From positions 1 to 44,737 of the forward strand of contig JACPTJ010000360.1 of assembly GCA_016192835.1 (NCBI GenBank): a stretch of DNA of 44,737 bases, in the 5' to 3' direction. Below the pieces are notes generated by a model. It saw only the letters and a program-made list of their open reading frames with translations. It searched no databases and had not been told where the DNA came from. Source of the stretch: Betaproteobacteria bacterium. Lineage in GTDB: Bacteria; Pseudomonadota; Gammaproteobacteria; Burkholderiales; SG8-41. This document shows positions 11,696 to 21,869 of the stretch, piece after piece (positions within the stretch are counted from its first letter, which is position 1; each line of letters starts with the position of its first letter). The translations under genes and the position numbers were made by a program.

Positions 11696-13842
11696 TCAGC
11701 GCCGCCCCGCGCGCGCCACTCCCGGTACCTCGCGTATCAGCGCCAGCATGCGCTGCAACTGATCGAGATTGCTGATCTCGACGGTGAGCAGCATGCGCGC
11801 CGCCGCGTCACGGCTTGCGCTGTTGGTCGCCGTGACGTTGATGCGCTCGCGCGACAGGATCTCGGTGATGTCGCGCAGCAAACCGGTGCGGTCGTCAGCC
11901 TCGATCGCGATGTCGACCGGGAAAGTCGCGTCGGGGGATACCCCCCAATCCGCGGAGACGAGCCGCTCGGCATTCAGGCGCGCGACGTTCGCACAGCCCT
12001 TGCGGTGTATGGTCACGCCGCGGCCGCGCGAAACAAAGCCGATAATAGAGTCCGGCGGCGCCGGCTTGCAGCATTTCGCCGGCACCGTCAGCAGCTTGTC
12101 GACGCCCACCACCAGGATGCCGCCCGGCTGAGCGCGCGGCTTGCCCACGAGCGGCTGCTCATCGGCAGCGGCGGGAGCCGGCTCCTCCTTGCGCAGCGCA
12201 GTCTGCAACTGGCGCGGCCCGATCTCGCCGCGCCCGACTTCGGCCAGGAAATCATCGAGCTTGTCGAATTTAAATTGCTGCGCAAGCTTGTCGAGATTGA
12301 TGCCGGTCATGCCGTGGCGCTGCAATTCCCTGTCGACGACGGCACGCCCCTGCGCCACCGACGCTTCGTGGTTCTGGCGATTGAACCATTGTCTGACCTT
12401 GCCGCGGGCGCCGGCGCTCTTGAGAAACCCGAGCGCGGGATTGAGCCAGTCGCGGCTCGGCCCGCCCTGCTTCCCCGCCAGGATCTCGACCTGCTGGCCG
12501 TTCTTGAGCGGCGTATTGAGCGGCACCATCGCGCCGTCGACTTTGGCGCCGCGGCAGCGATGGCCGAGGTCGGTGTGGACGTGATATGCGAAATCGATTG
12601 GGGTGGCGTCCTGCGGCAGATCGATCACCCGGCCCTGCGGCGTCAGCACATAAATCGTGTCCTCGAACAGCTCGCTCTTGAATTGCGCGGCAAGCTCGCC
12701 GGCATCGGCGACTTCATCCTTCCATTCGACGATCTGGCGCAGCCACGCGATTCTCCGGTCGTAACCCGAATCGCGGCGCGAGCCTTCCTTGTAGCGCCAG
12801 TGCGCGGCGACGCCGAGTTCGGCGTGGCCGTGCATCTCAAAGGTGCGAATCTGGATTTCGAGGGGCTTGCCCTCCGGTCCGGTCACCGCCGTGTGCAGCG
12901 AGCGGTAGTCGTTGCTCTTGGGCTTGGCGATGTAATCGTCGAACTCCTTGGGCAGCGGAGTCCACAGGCTGTGCACGGCACCGAGCGCGGCATAGCAGTC
13001 TTTCACGTCACCAACCAACACGCGCACCGCACGCACGTCGTAGAGCGAGTCGAAATCGACGCCCTTGCGCCGCATCTTCTGGTAGATGCTGTAGATGTGC
13101 TTGGGACGGCCGCTGATCTCGGCCTTGATGCCGGCGCGCGCGAGTTCCTCGCGCAGACGCGAGATCACCTGGCCGATGTAGCGTTCACGGTCGCCGCGCT
13201 TTTCGTCCAGCAGTTTGGCGATGCGCCGGTAGGTCTCGGGCTCGAGAATGCGCAGCGCCAGATCCTCGAGTTCCCACTTGAGCTGCCACACGCCGAGCCG
13301 GTTGGCGAGCGGCGCGAAGATATCGAGCGCGAGCCGCGCCATGTCGTGACGCACTTGTACGTCGTCGCACTTGACCACGAAGCGCAGGGTCTGGACGTGA
13401 TCACCATCGCGAGCAGCATCTTGCGTAGGCCTTCCAGTTGCGCCGCCTGCTCGCTGCCGCGTGCAGCGCGCCGGCTTAAGCTTTCAATCATCGCCATGCG
13501 CGCCACACCCTCGGCGAGCTCGGCTACGCGCGCGCCGAACTGGTCGCGTATCGCGAGCACTGCTTCATGTGCCACGGCAATATGAGCGAGCAGGCTGGCC
13601 GCAAGACATTCGGCATCGAGCTTGAACTCGCGCAATATCAATGCCGTGCTGACTGCGTGCGGCAACAGCGGCTCGCCGCCTTGCAGCGTGCGCCCGGCGG
13701 CCTGCGGCGCGATCCATTCGAGCACGCGCCCGAGCAGCGCGACGTCAGGCTCGGCGTAATCCGCGCCAAGCGCGGCAAGCCAGCCGGCGATGCGGTCATC
13801 CGCGGGCTGGGTTGCGAGTTTCAAATGAGTCGGGCGCGCCAT
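11696..13842 (-). pseudogene. relA: (p)ppGpp synthetase RelA, split by a frameshifting deletion near 13402 (possibly assembly artefact)
   Basis: N-part ends LRKMLLAMV and the C-part resumes DHVQTLRF...FAPLANRLG.WQLKWELED in another frame. EFDDY (EXDD) synthetase motif, TGS, CC and ACT domains; the HD motif is degenerate (SLLAH). Confidence 0.9.
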
Positions 13843-14042
13843 CGGTCGTTAACGTATAACGGATTGATTATAGGAATATTATAAGCATACACTGCAGAAG
13901 AAAATGGGTCGACCGTCTGGCGTCGAAAACCGCCGCGTGTTACACGACTGTTGAATATGCCACGTTTCAGAGCTGATAATACGCGTGTTACCGAAGGCTC
14001 GTAACTACCCGGAATCAGCAGGTAAGCAAGAGGACGAACATC

Positions 14043-14450
14043 ATGCACAATTCACGTTTGCTCATGCTGCTAGCCGCCAGTAGTTTGGCTGCGGGTTCCA
14101 TCGCGCTTCAGGCCCAGGCGCAAAGTGCGACCCCGGATGCATCGCCCCAGGCCCGGCTGCGGCCGCCCGCCAGCGTCGATTACGACACGTCGCGAACGCG
14201 TCTGACGCCGGGCGCGTTTGGCTTGAAACCGCAATCGGCGCGCAGCAAGGAAGACATCGCATTGCCCTTCAGCCTCAATTACAACAGGGAAATCAGAAGC
14301 ATCATCATGCCGCTCGACGAAAAAAATACCTGGGACGTCGGCGTGATGTTCAACGTGAATACAGCGCCCGGCCTCGAGCCGGCGACCTCCCCCGCGCTTG
14401 GCCTGCAGCCGAAGCGCACCCCGGGCATCATGCTGCAGAAAAAATTCTAA
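14043..14450 (+). CDS. Hypothetical exported protein (signal peptide, C-terminal Phe)
   Basis: AGAGGA RBS; signal peptide ending AQAQ; ends PGIMLQKKF; codon usage looks coding. Confidence 0.75.
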   Translation: MHNSRLLMLLAASSLAAGSIALQAQAQSATPDASPQARLRPPASVDYDTSRTRLTPGAFGLKPQSARSKEDIALPFSLNYNREIRSIIMPLDEKNTWDVGVMFNVNTAPGLEPATSPALGLQPKRTPGIMLQKKF

Positions 14451-14451
14451 C

Positions 14452-16848
14452 TCACTGCTCCTCATCGTCGAGCAGGTCGGGATTGTCCAACGGCGCATGC
14501 CAGTAGCGCCGGTACAAGGCACGATAGCGCTGCACGCTGAGCGTCCCGTCACCGTCGAACGCCAGCAAAAGCGCGCCGTCGCGATCGGTACGGTAGATGC
14601 GGCTGCCGAGCGCACGATAGCGATCGAGCACCTCGTCGTTCGGGTGACCGAAGCGGTTGCGGTAGCCGGCGGCGATGAGCGCGATGTCGGGATTGACCTG
14701 CTCGACAAATTCCGGTGACGACGAAGTGCGGCTGCCATGGTGAGGCATCAGCAACACCTGCGCGCGCAGCTTGCCGGGCGCTGCAACCAGCAATTCGCGC
14801 TCCGATTTGCTCTCGATGTCCGCGCTCAATAACACGCTTGCGCCCGCGATACTGATGCGCACGACGCAGCTGCGGTCGTTGGTGCGCAACTTCTCGCGCG
14901 CGTAGCTTTCCAGCGCCGGGTGCAGCAGCTCGAACGCGACGCCGTCCCACTGCCAGCGCTGGCCGGCGTGACAACGCTCAGCAATCGCGGCATGCGCGAG
15001 TAGCGGATCATCCTCGGCCAGCGACGACAGCAACCATCCGACCGGCATCGCCTGCAGCACCGAGATCGCGCCACCGCTGTGATCGGTATCGGCGTGGCTG
15101 ATCACCATCCCCGTCAAAGCGCGCACGCCGGCCGCCCGCAGGTACGGCACGATGATACGGCTGCCGCTGTCGATCTGCGGGCCGAATGCGGGTCCGGCAT
15201 CGTAGAGCAGCGCGTGATTGCGCGTTTGCGCGACGATCGCAAGCCCCTGGCCGACATCCAGCACCGCGAGCCTGAGCGCGCCTGCCGCGAGCGGCGGCGG
15301 CTCGACCAGAAATAACGGCAGCAGCGCCGCCGCGCCGATTGAGCGTGCCGGGAAACCACGCGGCAGCAGCATCCATGTCACGCCCAGCACCGCCACCACG
15401 ACGGTCCATGCCGGTGGCGCGTGCTGCTGCCACACCGCGGCGGGAAGCGCGCTCATCCATTCGAGCAGCGCCCCGCACAATGCCATCACCGCATGCGCGA
15501 GCTGCAGCATCAGATCGAAAGGCAGCATCACGCCAATGAGCGTGACCGGCACCACCGCGAGACTCACGACCGGGATAGCGATGGCGTTGGCGAGCGGCGA
15601 CACCAGCGATATCTGCTGGAACAACGCCAGCAGCAATGGCACCAAACCCAGCGTTACCGCCCATTGCACGCGCGCCCAAACGGCGAGCCAGTGCGGCTGC
15701 GCGATCCTGCCGGTCGATACCAGCATGATCAGCGCCACCGCGCCGAACGACAGCCAGAACCCCGGTGCGAGCACCGCCCACGGATCGATCGCGAGCACCA
15801 CAAACAGCGCCGTACTCAGCACCACCGAGGCCGAGGTGAAACGCCCCATCCACAACGCGGCTGCGACCACCGCCAGCATGTAAACGGTGCGCTGCGCAGG
15901 CACCGCGTAGCCCGCGAGCCACGCGTAAGCGAGCGCCGCGGCGAGGCCCGCCACCACCGCCGCCTTGCGTGCCGGAAGCCACAGCGTGAGGCGCGCGCTG
16001 CGGCGCCACAGGTAATAGGCAAGCGCAAACACCAGTCCCGAAATCATCGTCACGTGCAGACCGGAGATGCTCATCAGGTGATTGACGCCGGTGCGCGTAA
16101 AGGTTTGCCACTGTGACGGCGCGATCGCGCGCTGATCGCCGATTGCCAGCGCCGCGAGCACGCCGGCATACGGCGCATCGGCGAGCGCAGTCTGAATGCG
16201 GCTGCGCACCGCTTCACGCATGCGCTCGACCAGATACTGCGGCCTCATCACCAGCCCGGTGACACGGCGGTTGCCGCCGCCGGGCCGGATGTAGCCGGTG
16301 GCGCGGATGTTACGGTCAAGCAGCCACGCTTCGTAATCGAAGCCGTGCGGATTGAGCGTGCCGTGCGGCCGGCGCAGCCGCACCGTAAGTTGCCAGCGCT
16401 CGCCGGCGTGGAGTTCGGGAAACGTCGCGGGCTTGCCGTCACGCGCGGGGCTGCCCCACCATGACAATGCAATGTGCGCGGGAACCACTGCGTCCGGCGT
16501 CAGTACGCGCTCGACGTCGAATTCGAAACGCAGGCTGCGTTCATACGGCTGCGGCAAGGCCGCGACGACACCAACGACCTGGATGTCCGCCCCTTCCCAC
16601 TGCACCGGCAACGCGTCGGCGAGGCGTTGTCCCGCGAGCCACGCCGCCCACAGGAACCCGCACGCGAGGCAGCAGGCGAACATCGCGCCGCGCCGCAGCG
16701 CGCGTAGCGTGACGCTCTTCGCCTCCAAAGCGGACAAACCGGCAAGCGCGAGCGCCGGAATCCACCACCACCAGCGCGGCGACGGCAGCACAGACTGCAT
16801 CTGCAGCAGCCACACACCGATGGCAAACCCCGCCACGTTGAGCCGCAC
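14452..16848 (-). CDS. comEC: DNA internalization competence protein ComEC/Rec2
   Basis: NPHGFDYE, GVNHLMSISGLH, PGFWLSFGAV, LDVGQG, SHADTDHSGG, PHHGSRTSS, NRFGHP. Confidence 0.96.
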   Translation of the reverse strand: MRLNVAGFAIGVWLLQMQSVLPSPRWWWWIPALALAGLSALEAKSVTLRALRRGAMFACCLACGFLWAAWLAGQRLADALPVQWEGADIQVVGVVAALPQPYERSLRFEFDVERVLTPDAVVPAHIALSWWGSPARDGKPATFPELHAGERWQLTVRLRRPHGTLNPHGFDYEAWLLDRNIRATGYIRPGGGNRRVTGLVMRPQYLVERMREAVRSRIQTALADAPYAGVLAALAIGDQRAIAPSQWQTFTRTGVNHLMSISGLHVTMISGLVFALAYYLWRRSARLTLWLPARKAAVVAGLAAALAYAWLAGYAVPAQRTVYMLAVVAAALWMGRFTSASVVLSTALFVVLAIDPWAVLAPGFWLSFGAVALIMLVSTGRIAQPHWLAVWARVQWAVTLGLVPLLLALFQQISLVSPLANAIAIPVVSLAVVPVTLIGVMLPFDLMLQLAHAVMALCGALLEWMSALPAAVWQQHAPPAWTVVVAVLGVTWMLLPRGFPARSIGAAALLPLFLVEPPPLAAGALRLAVLDVGQGLAIVAQTRNHALLYDAGPAFGPQIDSGSRIIVPYLRAAGVRALTGMVISHADTDHSGGAISVLQAMPVGWLLSSLAEDDPLLAHAAIAERCHAGQRWQWDGVAFELLHPALESYAREKLRTNDRSCVVRISIAGASVLLSADIESKSERELLVAAPGKLRAQVLLMPHHGSRTSSSPEFVEQVNPDIALIAAGYRNRFGHPNDEVLDRYRALGSRIYRTDRDGALLLAFDGDGTLSVQRYRALYRRYWHAPLDNPDLLDDEEQ

Positions 16849-16953
16849 CGCTACCCTCGCACCCGCGCGCTAATCATCCTTCCTTAACGCGCGGCACGTC
16901 ACGGCGGCAGACGATTTTCGGTACAATACGTGCCTGTTTCGTTCCAAAACCGC

Positions 16954-17526
16954 ATGCCCCGCAAATTTTTCAGGAAATACCTGCCGAGCCACGCTTCGAT
17001 CCGCGAGAACCGCACCATCGCGAGATTCGGCTCCTGGCTCAAGCACCATAACCTGTGGCACCTGCACCGCCGTTCGGTCGCGGGAGGCATTGCGGCGGGT
17101 ATGTTCGCCGGGCTCATTCCGGGCAGCAATCCGGTGCAGTTCACCGCCGCGGCATTGCTCGCCGCCGCATTCCGGGTGAACCTGCCGATCGCGGTGATCG
17201 TTACGCTCTATTCCAATCCGTTCACCATCGTGCCGCTCTATTATCTCGCGTTCAAACTCGGGCAACTCGCGCTGCTGGAGAGCAACGGCGAGCTGCCGCC
17301 GCTCGCATTCAGTCTCGAGGGCAAAGGCTTCAGCGAATGGCTCCCGGCCGCGCTCGACTGGCTGACCTCGGTCGGCAAACCGCTGCTGGTCGGCCTGCCG
17401 CTGCTAGCCCTGCTGCTGAGCGCGATCAGCTACGTCATGGTGCGCTGGGCGTGGCGTTGTTACGTCGTGTACGCGTGGCGTGCACGGCGGCGCCGCAGAC
17501 TCGCGACGGGAACGCCGCCGCAATGA
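16954..17526 (+). CDS. DUF2062 domain membrane protein
   Basis: MPRKFFRKYLPS...LWHLHRRSVAGGIA.G.F...RVNLPIA...SNPFT..PLYY; usual neighbour of comEC/lolD. Confidence 0.88.
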   Translation: MPRKFFRKYLPSHASIRENRTIARFGSWLKHHNLWHLHRRSVAGGIAAGMFAGLIPGSNPVQFTAAALLAAAFRVNLPIAVIVTLYSNPFTIVPLYYLAFKLGQLALLESNGELPPLAFSLEGKGFSEWLPAALDWLTSVGKPLLVGLPLLALLLSAISYVMVRWAWRCYVVYAWRARRRRRLATGTPPQ

Positions 17527-18143
17527 CTGCGCCGGGCTACTGGCAACAGGCGACACGCGAGTTGTCGGAGCGCGATGCCGTCATACGCAGGATTGCCGGC
17601 AAATCGCTCGGCCTGACGCTGCGCTCGCGCGGGGATGCCTTCAGCACGCTGGCGCGTTCGATTGTCGGCCAGCAGATTTCGGTCAAGGCCGCTGAAAGCG
17701 TATGGCGGAAGTTTGCCGCCGCAGTGCCGGAAATCCGGCCCGAGGTCATACACGCTCACGATGGCGAAGCGCTGCGCGCGTGCGGCCTGTCGCGCAGCAA
17801 AGTGCTCTACCTGCAGGACCTGGCGCGCCATTTCATCGAGGGCAGGCTCGAGGTCGGGCGCTGGAAGCGGATGTCCGATGACGAGCTGATCGCGGAGCTC
17901 ACGCAGGTGCGCGGGATCGGCCGCTGGACCGCGGAGATGTTCCTGATCTTCTACATGACGCGTCCCGACGTGCTGCCGGTCGACGATATCGGGCTGCAGC
18001 GCGCGATGAGCCTGCATTACAACCGCGGCAAGCCGCTCACGAAACTGAAAATGAATTCGATCGCGAAGCGCTGGCTGCCGTGGCGCTCGGTCGCGACGTG
18101 GTACATGTGGCGCAGCCTCGACCCGGTCCCTGTCGAGTATTGA
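17523..18143 (+). CDS. DNA-3-methyladenine glycosylase II (AlkA-like, HhH-GPD family)
   Basis: Start MTAPGYWQQA at 17523; LARSIVGQQISVKAA, VRGIGRWTAEMFLIF..RPDVLPVDD.GL, W.PWRS.ATWY.W. Confidence 0.92.
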   Translation: MTAPGYWQQATRELSERDAVIRRIAGKSLGLTLRSRGDAFSTLARSIVGQQISVKAAESVWRKFAAAVPEIRPEVIHAHDGEALRACGLSRSKVLYLQDLARHFIEGRLEVGRWKRMSDDELIAELTQVRGIGRWTAEMFLIFYMTRPDVLPVDDIGLQRAMSLHYNRGKPLTKLKMNSIAKRWLPWRSVATWYMWRSLDPVPVEY

Positions 18144-18155
18144 CCCACACCGTCG

Positions 18156-18467
18156 ATGACCCACGCTGAATTCTTGTCCGCCCGCCGTAATGGCGCGTTG
18201 CACGTGCGCATCGATCCGCAGCAGGCATCGCGCTACGTCAGCGCGCGCCTGATGCTGCCGTTCGTGATGCTGCCGGTGCTTGGCGGCGGCGTCGCACTAG
18301 CCTTGATCGGATGGGTCTGGACCGGCCTTGCAGTCATTGCCCTCGGCATCGTTCTGCCGCGGCTCATCAAGCGCTCGGCGCCGCATTTTCTGTTGACGCA
18401 GGCGCTGCAGGACGAAAATCTCTATCGCGAGCTGATCGCGGCGGGGGTGCTCGACATCAGTGTGTGA
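18156..18467 (+). CDS. Hypothetical small membrane protein
   Basis: Two hydrophobic segments; follows the glycosylase gene closely in the same orientation. Confidence 0.7.
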   Translation: MTHAEFLSARRNGALHVRIDPQQASRYVSARLMLPFVMLPVLGGGVALALIGWVWTGLAVIALGIVLPRLIKRSAPHFLLTQALQDENLYRELIAAGVLDISV

Positions 18468-18544
18468 ATCGAGAGAGCGGGAGGTCGTGAGATGGAGATA
18501 CCCGCTGACGCCGATTCACGCTCTTGCGCCTTCGCGATATCACG
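18463..18544. repeat. Degenerate ~8-bp periodic, inverted-orientation repeat tract
   Basis: Left units TGTGAAT, CGAGAGAG, CGGGAGGT, CGTGAGAT; right units GATTCACG, CTCTTGCG, CCTTCGCG, ATATCACG (complement-like); degenerate. Confidence 0.35.
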
Positions 18545-18550
18545 CAGACG

Positions 18551-18626
18551 GTAGGTCAGGTTGCCGCAGCGGCGGCTACCTGACGCTTGGGGAATGTCGG
18601 GGAACGCTGCGCGTACCCCGACCTAC
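18551..18626. repeat. GTAG-type REP doublet (REPIN-like)
   Basis: GTAG-GTCAGGT...ACCTGAC hairpin, a spacer, then the inverted unit GTCGGGG-AACGC-TGC-GCGTA-CCCCGAC-CTAC; both units read GTAGGTCRGG from their outer ends. Confidence 0.75.
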
Positions 18627-18650
18627 GCGCTCTCGCGTGCGTGGAGATCG

Positions 18651-19379
18651 TTAAGCCGCTTGCAGTACACCATCGACCAATCTCAGGATGCGCGCGGCGT
18701 GCGCGGCGATTTCGCTGTCGTGGGTCGCAATCACGAGGCTGGTACCGAGGCCCCGATTGAGCTCGAGCATCAGCGCAAAGACTTCGGACGCGGTCTGACG
18801 GTCGAGATTGCCGGTCGGCTCGTCGGCCAGCACGCACGCCGGCTTGGTGACCAGCGCGCGCGCAATTGCCACGCGCTGCCGCTCGCCTCCCGACAGCTCG
18901 GACGGCGCGTGCTCGAGCCGGTGCCCAAGACCGACCCGCTGCAGCATTTCCACCGCGCGCGCGTGGGCCTCGGCAGGCCGCATGCGCCTGATCAGCAGCG
19001 GCATCGCGACGTTTTCGATCGCGGTGAATTCCGGTAGCAGATGATGGAACTGGTAGACGAAACCCAGCGTCTGGTTGCGTAGTTCACCGCGCTGGGCTTC
19101 ATTGAGCGACTGGATGTCGCGCCCGCCGATTTCGACCTCGCCGGCGGTCGCGGAGTCCAGGCCGCCGAGCAGGTGCAGCAGCGTGCTTTTGCCCGAACCC
19201 GACGCGCCGACGATTGCGACGTGTTCGCCTTTGCCTACCGTCAGGTCGACACCGAGCAGCACCGGAACTTCGACCCTGCCCTGCAGGTAGATCTTGCGCA
19301 GACCGCGGCAGGCGAGCGCCGTTGTCGCCTCACGCCTCACGCCTGACATCTCACTCGTTGCGCCTCTGGCGTCACTCAT
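18651..19379 (-). CDS. lolD: Lipoprotein-releasing ABC transporter ATP-binding protein
   Basis: [58 protein letters not shown]; ATG 19379 overlaps the lolC/E end. Confidence 0.95.
   Translation of the reverse strand: MSDARGATSEMSGVRREATTALACRGLRKIYLQGRVEVPVLLGVDLTVGKGEHVAIVGASGSGKSTLLHLLGGLDSATAGEVEIGGRDIQSLNEAQRGELRNQTLGFVYQFHHLLPEFTAIENVAMPLLIRRMRPAEAHARAVEMLQRVGLGHRLEHAPSELSGGERQRVAIARALVTKPACVLADEPTGNLDRQTASEVFALMLELNRGLGTSLVIATHDSEIAAHAARILRLVDGVLQAA
19322..19377 (-). repeat. Degenerate heptamer tandem repeat (consensus GCGTGAG, 8 units) coding the LolD N-terminal extension
   Basis: GAGTGAC GCCAGAG GCGCAAC GAGTGAG ATGTCAG GCGTGAG GCGTGAG GCGACAA on the minus strand. Confidence 0.6.
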
Positions 19380-20616
19380 ATCGCAACGCCTCCGCGGGAT
19401 TGATCCTGGCCGCGCGATAACTCGGATAGATCGTCGCCAGCATACTGACCACAAACGAGAAAACTGCCGTCAGCACGATATCGCCCGCCCGCAACTCCGA
19501 GGGCAGATCGCTGATCTGATAGACGTCTTTGGCAAGGAACTTGAAGCCGAACACGTTCTCGATGAACGGCACCACCACGTCGACGTTGGCCGCAAGCGCG
19601 ACCCCGCCGATCACGCCGGCGAGCGTCCCCATCAGGCCGATCAAGGTTCCCTGAATCAGGAAAATTTTCATCACGCCGCCCGGACTCGCGCCGAGCGTGC
19701 GCAGGATCGCGATGTCGGACTGCTTGTCCTTGACCGCCATGAACAGGCTCGCGACGATGTTGAACGCGGCGACCGCAATGATCAGGAACACGATGAAAAA
19801 CATCATGCGCTTCTCGATGTCGACGGCGCGGAAAAAGTTCGCATTCAGCCGCGTCCAGTCGGTGATGTAGATGTCCGGGCCGAGGCTGCGCGACAGCGCG
19901 CGTGATACGGCGCCCGACTCGAACAGATCCTTGAGCTTCAGGCGCACGCCGCTTACCTGCGTGCCCATGCGGTAGAGCTTCTGCGCGTCTTCGAGGTCGA
20001 CCAGCGCGAGCCCGGAATCGTACTCGTAATGGTCGACCGCGAAAATCCCGGCCACGGTGAACTGCCGCAACCGCGGCAGGATGCCAGCCGGCGTCACCTG
20101 TCCTTGCGGTGCGATCAGCACCACCCTGTCGCCAACCATCACCCCGAGCGCCCGTGCCAGCTCGACGCCGAGCACGATGCCGAATTCCCCAGGCTTGAGC
20201 GCGGCCAGCGTGCCGGACTTCATGTGTTTTGCGAGATCGGCGACTTTTTCCTCGTCTTCAGGAATGACGCCCCGAATGAAGGCGCCGCGCACGGTACTGC
20301 CGCTCGACAGCAGCCCCTGCGCCGACACGTAAGGTGCCGCCGCCAGCACCTGCTCGTGCTTCGCAGCGGTGGCAGCAACCGCACGCCAGTCGCTGAGCGC
20401 GTTGTCCGCGCCGGTGATCTGGACGTGGGACGCGACGCTGAGAATGCGCGTGCGCACCTCGCGCTGAAAGCCGTTCATCACCGACAGCACCGTGATCAGC
20501 ACCGTGATGCCGAGCGCAATGCCGATCACCGACACCAGTGAAATGAACGAGATGAAACGGCTGCGCTGCCGCGCGCGCGTGTAGCGCAGACCGATGAAAA
20601 GTTCGTAGGATTGCAA
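19372..20616 (-). CDS. Lipoprotein-releasing ABC transporter permease (LolC/LolE/LolF family)
   Basis: Start TTG 20616 ([15 protein letters not shown]); FISFIS..S.IGIALG...[37 protein letters not shown]. Confidence 0.93.
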   Translation of the reverse strand: MQSYELFIGLRYTRARQRSRFISFISLVSVIGIALGITVLITVLSVMNGFQREVRTRILSVASHVQITGADNALSDWRAVAATAAKHEQVLAAAPYVSAQGLLSSGSTVRGAFIRGVIPEDEEKVADLAKHMKSGTLAALKPGEFGIVLGVELARALGVMVGDRVVLIAPQGQVTPAGILPRLRQFTVAGIFAVDHYEYDSGLALVDLEDAQKLYRMGTQVSGVRLKLKDLFESGAVSRALSRSLGPDIYITDWTRLNANFFRAVDIEKRMMFFIVFLIIAVAAFNIVASLFMAVKDKQSDIAILRTLGASPGGVMKIFLIQGTLIGLMGTLAGVIGGVALAANVDVVVPFIENVFGFKFLAKDVYQISDLPSELRAGDIVLTAVFSFVVSMLATIYPSYRAARINPAEALRYE

Positions 20617-20831
20617 GTTTGACGCCAGTTGCGAAAGCGCAAGTTTGCCACAATGCCGGCGCCGCGGTGCAAAACACGCGGGGGCGCGCGGACTCGTTAC
20701 TGGCGAAGCCAGCCGTCTGCGGGTAGCGCGCCATGGCCCCCGTTCCCGCAACCGGGCGTTCCGCTAACGTGTCACGGGGGCGCGCGCGGATGCCAATGGT
20801 AGACTGCACATCACCAACCACGGTTCATCGC

Positions 20832-21863
20832 ATGCGCTGTACTCTTCTGATTTCCGATTTGTTGCCGCCGGCCGCATCCGGCAGCGAGCCCCTTCAGGAC
20901 GTGCGCCTCCCGGTGCTTGAAACACTGCTGGCACGCGGCACGGTCGTGCGGCAGCCGGCGCTCGAGCGCGACGCCTGGTTGTGCCGCGCTTTCGGCGTCG
21001 CCAAACAACAGGACTGGCCGGTCGCCCCGCTGACGCTGATGGCCGACGGCGTCGATCCGCAGCATCATTACTGGCTGCGCGCGGATCCGGTCGAGCTGCG
21101 CATGGAACGCAGCCGGCTGGTGCTGGCGCGCGCCGTGTCCGACCTCGACACCACCGAAACGCGCGAGCTGATTGCGGCACTCAACCGGCACTTTGCGCGC
21201 GATGGGATCACTCTGCTCGCGCCCTTCCCCCGGCGCTGGTATCTGCGCGTGGACCGCGCACCCCGGATCGCGACCACACCGCTCGCGTGCGCGGTGAATC
21301 GCGATATCGAAGCCCATCTGCCGCAAGGTGACGCCGCGCTCGACTGGCACCGCGTGATCAACGAAGCACAGATGGTGCTGCACGAGCATGCCGTAAACGT
21401 GGCGCGTGAAGCGCGAAGCGCCGCCCTCGTCAACAGCGTCTGGCTGTGGGGCGGCGGCACGGCGCCGGCAATCGGCCGTCCGCGCTACGATGCGGCGTGG
21501 GGCGACGATCCCCTGACCCGGTCGCTCGCTGCCGCCGCGGGCATCGCACGACGCGATTTCGGCGGCAACGGCAGCGCGTGGCTCACTGCCGCAACCGCGG
21601 CAGGCGATAATCATTTGCTGGTGCTCGATCAGCTGTCGGATGCGTTGCGCGCGGGGGGCAGTGCGGCCTGGCGCGAACAACTGGCGATGCTCGAGCGCGA
21701 CTGGATGGCACCGCTCGTGGCGGCGCTGCGCATGAGGAAAATCTCAGCCATCACGCTGGTGGCGATCAGTAGCGATAATCTAATCGAAGCCACGGTCACG
21801 CCCGCGCTGTTGTGGCGGCTTTGGCGGCGTTTACGGCCGCTCGCAAGCTACGCCGGCGCCTGA
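20832..21863 (+). CDS. Conserved hypothetical protein (phosphoglycerate-mutase-like/RpfE-type) preceding recJ
   Basis: WLRADPV.L, W..VINEAQMVLHEH.VN..RE, VNSVWLWGGG motifs typical of the protein encoded upstream of recJ in betaproteobacteria. Confidence 0.8.
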   Translation: MRCTLLISDLLPPAASGSEPLQDVRLPVLETLLARGTVVRQPALERDAWLCRAFGVAKQQDWPVAPLTLMADGVDPQHHYWLRADPVELRMERSRLVLARAVSDLDTTETRELIAALNRHFARDGITLLAPFPRRWYLRVDRAPRIATTPLACAVNRDIEAHLPQGDAALDWHRVINEAQMVLHEHAVNVAREARSAALVNSVWLWGGGTAPAIGRPRYDAAWGDDPLTRSLAAAAGIARRDFGGNGSAWLTAATAAGDNHLLVLDQLSDALRAGGSAAWREQLAMLERDWMAPLVAALRMRKISAITLVAISSDNLIEATVTPALLWRLWRRLRPLASYAGA

Positions 21864-21869
21864 CTACGC

